From Naegleria gruberi (taxonomy: Eukaryota), in the NCBI GenBank assembly GCA_000004985.1, contig GG738914.1: a stretch of 64,000 nt of DNA. The stretch is one strand, 5' to 3'. Within the stretch, counting starts at the first letter, position 1; the number at the start of each line of letters is the position of its first letter. The notes under the pieces are model-generated. The model saw only the letters and a list, made by a program, of their open reading frames with translations. It was not told the origin of the DNA and did no database searches. Positions 52,255 through 62,500 of this stretch are shown here, piece after piece. The position numbers and the translations under genes were made by a program.

Positions 52255-53478
52255 ATGCAACTTGATGATCTTCCAGATGAGAATATTTCTTTTATTTTTC
52301 AATATTTAAATACAAGTACCATTCTACTGCAATGTTCTCTGGTTTCTCATCGATGGTTAATTATCGCATCGGAGGTAGATCTTCATGTTGTCATTCAAAA
52401 TAATTTCAGGAAGGCTAATTGTTTTCTTTCTCTTCTAGATGATCAAATGTTGCAGGTGAAGAGTTTGAGTTTGAGTAAAAATCATCTCAATACAAAACAC
52501 GTAGAAATGATAATCTGTTCAAAATATTTGCAAAATATTTCTGATTTGGATTTGAGTTATAATAATATTGGAACTGATTACTTGTGTAGGAGAATGATGA
52601 AATGTTTGGGGAATTTGAGAGCTTTGAATTTGAGATATAGTGGATTTGGTGGAATTTTGATTAAATTGGATGGGTTTTCGTCCAATTCAACTCTTAGCAA
52701 TTTGACAAGTTTGGATTTGAGTTATGAGAGAGTTGAGGAGCATGGTGCAGAATATATTTCGAATAATTTAAAAAAGTTACAGATATTAAAGTTGAGAGGA
52801 TGCTTTATTCAAGATGTGGGTGTTAAGCATATTTGCAATTTGGAACAATTGACCTCTTTGGATTTGAGTTTTAATAACATTGGAAGGGAAGGTTGTGCCT
52901 TTATCAGTAATGGTAAATTAATGAAAAATTTGAAAACATTAGATATCAGTAACAACTTTTTATTTAGTCATTTGGCACTGCCTTTGTTATTCTCTGGTGA
53001 AAATGGTAAAAATTTGACAAGTTTGAATATGAGTGGTCTTTACATAAGTATGGGTAATGAACTTGTCAGTTTGAACAATTTAAGAGAATTGAATTTATCA
53101 AAGTGTAAATCAATGGGATGTTTAAACCGTTTAAACTCGTGTGATTTACTTTCGAAATTGACCATTTTGAATATTGATTGTAACATGATTGGAAATGTAA
53201 ACTTGAACAAACTTCAAAAATGTAAAAATCTGAAAGAATTGAATATTTCAAGAAATAACATTACATGCTCTGGTGCCTATGAATTAAGTCAATTTGATCT
53301 ACCTAATTTAACCACTCTCATACTAGATGGAAATGATATCCAATATTATGGAATCCTTTCAATATTGAATAGCAAGACACTTCCAAATCCTAAACAACTT
53401 CTTTCCAAAAACAAATCAGCTGTAATTCAAGGATTGTTAGCCACCGTCATGAAAACATCCCTTGTTGAAGATCAATAG
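52255..53478 (+). CDS. F-box/LRR-repeat protein
   Basis: N-terminal F-box (LPDENISFIFQYLNTSTILLQCSLVSHRWLIIAS) plus about 14 LRRs (LxxLDLSxNNIG...). ATG at 52255. Confidence 0.6.
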   Translation: MQLDDLPDENISFIFQYLNTSTILLQCSLVSHRWLIIASEVDLHVVIQNNFRKANCFLSLLDDQMLQVKSLSLSKNHLNTKHVEMIICSKYLQNISDLDLSYNNIGTDYLCRRMMKCLGNLRALNLRYSGFGGILIKLDGFSSNSTLSNLTSLDLSYERVEEHGAEYISNNLKKLQILKLRGCFIQDVGVKHICNLEQLTSLDLSFNNIGREGCAFISNGKLMKNLKTLDISNNFLFSHLALPLLFSGENGKNLTSLNMSGLYISMGNELVSLNNLRELNLSKCKSMGCLNRLNSCDLLSKLTILNIDCNMIGNVNLNKLQKCKNLKELNISRNNITCSGAYELSQFDLPNLTTLILDGNDIQYYGILSILNSKTLPNPKQLLSKNKSAVIQGLLATVMKTSLVEDQ

Positions 53479-53701
53479 GTAAGAATACTTACCACCAAAT
53501 GATTTCGAATTAATTTCCATTCATGCGGATTAATCTCATCAAGTACTTAGTTTATTCTTCTGAGATATTCAAGTTTGAGATGCGTAATAATTGTGCCATC
53601 TCATCTATAAACAAAATGGTTCCAAAACTGTTAACCGTTGATTGTCTCACTCGAATATATTTACAGAACTCATACATACTGAGAAAACATAAAAATTATC
53701 A

Positions 53702-53772
53702 TGCGTCGACCGGGAATTGAACCCGGGTCACGGCGATGGCAACGCCGTATTCTACCACTAAACCATCGACGC
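53702..53772 (-). tRNA. tRNA-Gly (GCC), second copy identical to the one at 10620..10690
   Basis: Identical 71-nt sequence on the same strand with different flanks. Confidence 0.85.
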
Positions 53773-53878
53773 CTTCATATTCATCAAGAATGCATTCTTC
53801 CAAAGTAACAACGAATTAGGTTTGGTCAATTTACAACATTTGTTGAAAAGATCAATTCTGAATAAAACCTTTTAAAAA

Positions 53879-55033
53879 ATGTCACTGATCACACCATCGA
53901 CCAATCCAACTCGGAATGCAATATTTTCTGATGATACTTGCCATGAAATTCTCTCCTTCATTGATTGGAAATTCATATCCACTTGCTCACTCATTTCCAA
54001 ACAATGGAATAGTATCGTATTAAATTATTCGAAATTGGCCATCAATTTTCAGAAAAGAAGTGAATTTTCAGGCTTTATCAAAAGTAAATTTTTACACTGT
54101 GCCACAACCATCGAACTAGCTAATAACGTGTTAGCTAAAAATCAGATTCACACCTTGCTAGAATTGAAAAATGTGAAAAAACTGTTCATTCCACAAAATT
54201 CACTTTGTTTGGAGGGAGCAACGATAATTGGTGAAATGAAGCAATTGACTGCTTTGGATATTTCATCAAATAGGATTGGAGATGGAGGTGCAATGTTAAT
54301 TGGTGGACTGAAGAATTTGATTACATTGCAAATTTATGAGAATCATTTAGGTCCTAATGGTGCCAAGTCAATTAGTGAATTGAAACAATTGACTATACTT
54401 GATATTTCTCATAATAGAATTAGAGATGAAGGGGTCAAATCAATTAGTGAGAAGATGGATCAATTGACTAATCTTGATATTAGTTTTGTTGGAATTAGTG
54501 AGAAGGGTCTTGTTCCTTTAGTTGAAATGAAAAATCTCAAAATTTTGGCATTTTACGATTGCCAACTTTCTACAAAGCAAGCAGAAACTATCAGCAAAAT
54601 GAAACAAATAACTGAGCTTGATATTTCGTATAATCTAACAAATAATGAAATATTGAAATCAATTGGTGAGATGAAGCAGCTTATCAAACTGTATCTTGTC
54701 AAGAATGGAATTACCTCTCACCAAGTAGAAATTATTAGTCAATTGAAACAATTGACAGTTCTTAATATTTCAGAAAATGAAATTAGAAATGAAGGAGTTG
54801 TATATATAAGTGGATTGAAACAATTGACAGAACTTGATATTTCAAATAATGGAATTGGATATGAAGGAGTTTTATCAATTTGTAAAATGACTCAATTGAC
54901 CAAACTCTCAATTTATAATAATCCAATTCCTGAAGAAGCACTTAGAATACTTGATGGAATGAAACAATTTAGACAATTAGTGACGGGAATATCTGCCTCT
55001 TACTATTTGAGCAGTATAGTTTCGATAAGGTAA
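53879..55033 (+). CDS. F-box/LRR-repeat protein (RNI-like repeats; same subfamily as the gene at 37676..38752)
   Basis: F-box-like CHEILSFIDWKFISTCSLISKQWNSIV; repeats of the form LTxLDISxNRIGDGGAMLIGGLKNL and IRDEGVKSIS. ATG at 53879. Confidence 0.6.
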   Translation: MSLITPSTNPTRNAIFSDDTCHEILSFIDWKFISTCSLISKQWNSIVLNYSKLAINFQKRSEFSGFIKSKFLHCATTIELANNVLAKNQIHTLLELKNVKKLFIPQNSLCLEGATIIGEMKQLTALDISSNRIGDGGAMLIGGLKNLITLQIYENHLGPNGAKSISELKQLTILDISHNRIRDEGVKSISEKMDQLTNLDISFVGISEKGLVPLVEMKNLKILAFYDCQLSTKQAETISKMKQITELDISYNLTNNEILKSIGEMKQLIKLYLVKNGITSHQVEIISQLKQLTVLNISENEIRNEGVVYISGLKQLTELDISNNGIGYEGVLSICKMTQLTKLSIYNNPIPEEALRILDGMKQFRQLVTGISASYYLSSIVSIR

Positions 55034-55220
55034 CATACATAATTTTTATGTATTTTGATTATGTATTTTTTGCAATAAAGTTTAAAATCTTGAAATGTTC
55101 AGAATATGTAAAACAATCATCCAGGTTCAACTCTAATACCACATCTATTTAGAAAATTATTTTTTCTATTCTGCGAAAATTTTTTGAAATTGTTTATTTT
55201 AACAGAGCTGTTCAACCAAT

Positions 55221-56354
55221 TTAGAAACACTTTCTATGAATAAAACCAGGACCAGCATCATCATATTCTTCTTTCGATATCCACATCTGCTGAAAGGTTG
55301 CAAGGCTCGCAAGGATACTGCCTCCAATCCACACTGAATACTTTCTTTCAGGTGGAGCAACAACCTTAACCTTCATTGAGGCTGGAGCCATGGCTGTCAA
55401 TTCCTTGGTCATTCTGTCAGCAATACCTTCGAACATGGTAGTACCACCAGACAAGACCACATTACCGTACAAATCCTTTCTAATGTCAATGTCACATTTA
55501 CCAATTGAGTTGAAGGCTGTTTCATGAACACCTGCAGCTTCCATACCAATGAAATTAGGTTGGAATAAAACTTCTGGACATCTGAATCTTTCATTACCAA
55601 CAGTGATAACATTTCCATCTGGCAATTCATATGACTTTTCAACTGAGGATGATTCAGCAGCAACTTTCATTTCAGATTCGAAATCCAAAGCAACATAACA
55701 GAGCTTTTCCTTGATATCTCTGACAATTTCTCTTTCAGCAGTAGTGTTGAATGAGTAACCTCTTTCCATCAAAATCTTCATCAAGTATTCAGTCAAGTCA
55801 CGACCAGCCAAATCCAATCTCAAAATGGCATGTGGCAAGGAATAACCTTCATAAATTGGAACAGTGTGTGAAACACCATCACCAGAGTCCAAAACAATAC
55901 CAGTAGTTCTACCAGAAGCATACAAGGACAAGACAGCTTGAATGGAAACATACATGGCTGGAACTGTGAAGGTTTCAAACATGATTTGAGTCATCTTTTC
56001 TCTGTTGGCCTTTGGATTCAAAGGAGCTTCAGTCAACAAGACTGGATGTTCCTCAGGAGCAACTTTCAATTCATTGTAGAAAGTATGATGCCAAATCTTT
56101 TCCATATCATCCCAATTAGTTACAATACCGTGTTCAATTGGATACTTCAGAGTCAAGATACCTCTCTTAGATTGAGCTTCATCACCAACATAGGCATCCT
56201 TATTACCCATTCCAACCATGATTGATTTTTGCTTTGGTCTACCAATAATTGAGGGAAAGACAGCTCTTGGAGCATCATCACCAGCAAAACCAGCTTTACA
56301 CATACCAGAACCATTGTCAACAACTAGAGCTTGAACATCTTCACAGAATGACAT
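55221..56354 (-). CDS. Actin (conventional), single exon
   Basis: 377 aa and ≥90% identical by eye to conventional actin throughout ([36 protein letters not shown]...[39 protein letters not shown]). Confidence 0.95.
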
Positions 56355-56560
56355 TTTTAATTTGTTTTTTTTGAAGTTTGAAATTCGAGTTTTTTCATTC
56401 AGGTGTTAATACAGATGGTGGATGGATAAATGTCACAACATTTCAATGTGAAGTTGACCGTTGTTCAATACATCAGACCTTGTCGTCAAGTCAATGAAAA
56501 CTGAACTTGTAAATTTGGCTAGTTCCTAAATTTAGAAAAATAGATTTAGTATTTGAAATG

Positions 56561-59500
56561 TTAGACGGTCATCAGTTCTACATCTTGTGGTTTTGATTTT
56601 TCAAATGTTCGTTTCTTCCTTCTTAAACATCTGACAATTAAAATTGAAATAATAACAATCATGATTCCACAACAGCAGACAACTAATAATCCAAATAATC
56701 CAAACAGACCATACAATGCCAGATTTGAACTCGTTCTTGGTGAAATACTTGTTTCATGTTCTAGTTGTGTTATGGTTGAGTTGGAAATTGTCTTTTCAAC
56801 AACTATGAGTGAAGTGACAGATTTCGAACAATTACAGTAAATTACTGGTGCTGATATTGTCGTGGAACAAGTGTGATTGGACGTAAGAGAGATGATATTG
56901 TCAATTAGAACACATTCAATAGTTGAAAAGACACTTGTTCTTTGTTCAATATTGTCGCTTGTACTTTCAAAAGTATTTTTCACATTGATATTTGAAAAGT
57001 TATACTCATTTCCAAGATTGAATGAGAATGTAATATCTGCAGTAAACTTCTTTTCAACAGAAACAATCTTACTGAGTGACTTGAAAGTTGTTTTAGTCTC
57101 AATTTCTTCCAAATCTGAAATTTTGATTGTTTGAACATTTGATACTTGTTTCAAAGAATAATAAACTCCCAAATGGTCAGTAACTGAGAAGAATGATGCT
57201 TCCAAAACAAGTCTATTAGAAACACTTGTATCAATAGCATCAAATACAAGTGAGCTATTTCCACCATCAGATGTCATTAATTTCTTCACTTGTTGATTCT
57301 TATAACTCAACAGAGAAACAGTTGAATAATGAGAAAGGTTTACACTATAATCTTTCTGACCTACGTAATAACTTCTCATCAACACATTGCTGAATATCTT
57401 AATTGAATCTAACACTCTATACGTGTCTTGCAGTTTACTGTCACCAGTTAATCTAATAATATTGTTAAATAAGCTGCTACATAACTTTTCTACACCCTCA
57501 GCAACTCTGAATTTCGTGTTTTTGGCAGCCATTACCATCAATTTTTCAGTCAAGTTGAATAACTTTTCGAATGGAAGTGAATTAATTGAATCACAATTTG
57601 AAGCCAAAGATTCCAACCCAAAAGAATAAACTCTAAAGTGAATGTCTGAAATCAATTCTAGAGGATTTCTCTGATTTAATCCAAGTATCATACTGTCAAG
57701 CATTTCATCTCTCAATTCATAAGCAATACCCGCTTCGTTTTCAGCCAATTTTCTTGATGTTATCAAATTGGAAATCATTAACTCTGATGTTCTTGAAATA
57801 GTTGCAGAATTGAAAACCAACTTGGCACTATCACTTGGCAGAAGAGATGCAGCCTTTAATTGCCAAACTTTCACTTTGTTTTTGATTTGTAACATTGAAG
57901 AGGCAGTGGGTGTTTTAACTTCCACTGATTTGATAAACTCAACTGATGCACCAGTATCCAAATCAACAATATCCACAAATGTATCCATAACATTTGAACT
58001 AAATGGAGAAGGAAGATAGGAAGCAAACTTCTCACCCAAATTGTAAAGTGGAATTTTAGTTCCTGACTTGTCATCAATGAACCCAAATACAAAATCAATT
58101 GATTGTTCAGCATTTTGGCATCCAGGACATGAGAACGAGAATTCAGTTTCCAATGCATAACCATATGATGGATTAATATAACACAAACATGATTTTGGTG
58201 ATTTGACAATTTTGAATTTGTACGAGAATCTTGATGAAAGATTATTTCTCCTGTCTGAAACTTGGAATTCAATTTCATACTCTCCATCTTCCAGTAACTC
58301 AAGAAGCGACAGAATTAATGATGAAGATTTAGATGGTTGAGTAGACATTTTAGAGATCATTGAATTAGTCAATGAATTACCATTAATTGACCACTCTCTG
58401 ATCATATCCTCTTCATCAGTTTGTTTTTCATCTCCTCCCAAAATAACTGATAATTGTAAACTCAATACTTCATCTTTGAGAACTTTGAATCTGTTTGGAT
58501 AAACAGAAATTAAACTTATCACTGGTGGAATTAACAATTCAGTGTTTGGATAATCAATGTCAAGAGATTTAGAAATGGAACGTAGTCCTTTCTGAATGCT
58601 CAATGTCAGAGAAACTTTTGAAAGACTTCCTTTAGGAATTTGACATGTCGATGATTTGGTAATGGCATAATGTGTTAAAATATTGGAAATTGTTGAATCT
58701 TGACATGCTTGATTTGAAACTCTATCAAAACATGACCAATTCCATGAATCTGAAACTGAATCTATATTATCAGGATCTGAATTCTCAACTATCACATCAG
58801 CTTGATTGGTATTCAAACTAGAAACATAAATATTTAGTAATAAATCTCTTGATTTGCTTGAAAGTGGAATTAAAAGTGTTGCGTTCGAATTTGGATTGAA
58901 TTTTGAAATTGCTTTTACACCAAATGAATAAGATTCATCCCCATTTGATAATATTTCTGTAATAACCAAATCATTATTTGAATCTATTTGATAATTAATA
59001 GTGGATGGACCTGAGAGTTTCTCCCAAATATAGTCAAATTCCCTGTTATCAAAATAACATGAAGGTAATTCAATAGATTTCTTAACAATTATTGGGAGCG
59101 AACCCTTTTCAATATTGGTGAGTGACATTTTGTTTGTAAGCAATGAAAGAGTAGGATTTGGAACAATTGATTTGATAATTTCAATAAATTTCTTTTCACT
59201 CCTTGCGCCACTGAGAGAACTTTCAGCAATCAAGCCAAAGACATAGCTTCCTGAAATCGAAATACTATTTGAGGTCAAAGTTGAATTGAAATCACCAAAA
59301 GAAACCTGTTGCAAGTTGAAATTTGAATCAGGAGATGATTCAATAGACCAAATAAATTTCACAGGTTTCAAATCACCACAATATGATCCAGAAGCATCAA
59401 TTGCAATTTGTTCACATGGACTAATTGTATTCTTAAATGAAATATTGATTATTGGTTTCACAGGGTTGTTGGAGGGAAGCAGTAACAGTGAGATATATCT

Positions 59501-62500
59501 TGGAATTGGGGTGTAAATAATGTCCAAACCATTAATAATTAAAGAAATATTAGAATATGGAATTATAGAATATTGACCTCCAAGTTCAATAAAGAAATTT
59601 CCGTCTTTCCAATAACAAGATGGATTTTTACCCAATTGAGAAAAACTTTTCTCATTCACTACCTTGCTACACTCTAAAACTCCATTGGATATGACAATAG
59701 AAGTGTTAAAATGAAATTCCAAAGTATTCCCCAAAGAGTTGAATTTTGGTTGAGATGAAACAGATAAAAAACATCTACTTCCAAAATAACCAGACTCACA
59801 TTGACAATAATCTTCACTCAAACAAGAGCCATGTCCGGAACAAACGATAGCATTGGATTGCAATATGCCAAAACAAGAAACTTTCTTATTTTCACAACTT
59901 ACCCCTTCATAAAGAGAATTACACTGACACGAATCATTTGAAAAACAATTTCCATGTCCACTACAAACTCTGGAATCATTTGCTTCATGCCCAAAACAAA
60001 AACTGATTGGTGGAGATGTGGAAATAGTACTAGTTGAGTTAGTTGTACTAGTAGTGCTATTATTTACATTACTACTCGTGGAATTATTAATTGTACTGTT
60101 GACCGAACTAGTCGAGTTTTTGTTTAAAGTTGAATTGTTAGAAATTGTACTATTGAAAACTGTTGAATTAGCAATAGTGTTATTATTATTGTAAACAGTT
60201 GAATTAGTTGACATTGTATTGTTAAGATTTGTACCATTAACATTTGAATTTGTGACATTATTAATAGTGTTATTCCAAACAGTAGTTGAATTACTTGCAT
60301 CCACAGTAGTATTAGAAATGCTTGTTGAATTATTATCAATGCCTGTTGTGGCATTATTATATGAATTATTAAAATTAGTTGTATTTGTAAATGTAGAATT
60401 GTCAACCGATCTATTGTTACTAACTGTTCCATTGCTACTACCAATAGTATTATTACAATAAACACCAATGGTACAATTGGAAGTTGAATTAAATGCTGTG
60501 TTATTGCTTAAATTGGTAAAGTTAGAAGAATTGTCAACATTTGTGGTATTACTTAATATGGAACTATTTTGGTTTGTTGAATTATTCAAATCTAGTGATG
60601 AATTATTGAAAATTGTTAAATTGCTATTGGTAGAATTATCAAAACTGGTGTAATTATTGGCTGATGAATTATTAGAAATTGATGTATCGTTACCAAAATT
60701 TGAAACATTCAAATTTTGATTATTACCTGCTGTTTCATTACAATTCACACCAAAGTAATTTTGATTGCAATCACATAAATCCTTGCCAACACATGTTCCA
60801 TTTCCATTACAAACATTAGCGTCAGTAGAAGGGAAATCAAAACAGCTAATCACACTGCAATCTTCACCATAGTGATTATCTTTACATTTACAACTATTAA
60901 AATCAACACATTCTCCGTGTCCATTACAAACATTAGACTGATTTGACATTATTCCAAAACAAGTAGTAAGAGAGCAATCTTCAGCATAATAATTATCATA
61001 ACATTCACAAAAATCATTCAATGTACAATCACCTCTACCAGAGCATGAAGCATCATTATTGTAAAAAATACCAAAACATGTAAAATTTTGTAAACAATAC
61101 CCATATCTGTCTCTTTCACACACAACATTGTAAATATAAATACCATTAGAATTTGAAAAAAGTATATCTTCATCCTTAGTAAAACTGGAAGTTCCAATAG
61201 AAAAGGATTTTAAATTTGAATTTGTAAAATACTTGTCCTCGCTTGGCGAATACCAAAAATATGGTACAACCTCACCGTAATAACTCCCACCAACAAAGTC
61301 TGAAAGATGAGAGTTTGATGAAGTAGTAAAAGCAGTTTCACTGTCAACAGTTCCATTTCCAATGACGTCAATAACAAAGCCATCTGCACGAACTGCCTTC
61401 TTAATTAAATTTCGGTTAGACAGTTTTACAAAGTAAATATCTCCATTTGAATCAATTGTCCAACCATTAGTACTGATAGGATGATTTTCTATTGGAATTT
61501 TCTTTGCCTTACCTGCAATTAGAGTTGTGTTTGTTTTGTAAACTCCTTGATTACTTGATATTATTAACGTTCCATTTCGTAAGGTTATTGATAATGGCTT
61601 AAACGGCATTTCATAGATTGGTTTGAATATATTTGAAGAACTGACTTGTAAAATACCATATGCTGTACTAACACCTCCCTTTCTTTCAAAGGCTACTAAT
61701 ATTTCATTATTTTCAGTGCATAAAATAGCTTGCACCAAGAATGTATATGTAAAGGTCCCAGGAGGGGGTATTAATGATAAACTTATGCTAGTTGTTAGCC
61801 TGGTGACTAGATTATATTTTGTAAGTCTGTAGGAATCCTTAACTGAATATGCTATTGTGGTGTCATCACTCATCATACATAGATACATGGTTCCACTCTC
61901 TGTCAATACTTTCAAGTTACTATCTGTTTGTGGGTCGTAATCAAATATGGAATAACCACTAGAGTAATAAATATGACCAGTGGATTTTCTGAAAGTGATA
62001 TCATCTATAGTGTTTGTTGTATTTAAAACTTTTCTAACAAATGTTGAATTAACATATTCAAGTAAATAGTTTTTGTAAACAAAAAAAAGGTTGTTTGAGA
62101 TTGGATGAAATCCCATAGGTTGATCTTCTAATCCAGTGACAATATCGTCTGCAGGCGCAGGAAAATCAGTAAAATCAGGGCTATCTTCTTTTTTTCCAAC
62201 GAGTGGTCTAACCTTGTTTTGATTGTCAATATAAGAAATCAAATATTTGGTTCTTAATATCAAATTTCCATTTTTAGGATTTGATGTGATTTGATGTAAT
62301 GAGTCGAATTCAACATTCATTGCATCTGAATTCAAACCAGAAAGACTCATTCCTTGACTATACCCAACACCCAGGACACATTTAATTGTCAGATCAGATA
62401 AACTAACTTGTATAATTCTAAACTTATTGTCACTGTAATAGATAGAGTTGTTCAAATACTGAATATACATTAAATTGATAATAGAGATATCCAATGAAGA

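Noticed and set aside
60124-60653. ORFs on both strands (114, 80 and 61 aa) in the 60.0-60.75 kb region
   Set aside because: By-products of the AAT/AGT/ACT coding microsatellite in the giant glycoprotein gene.
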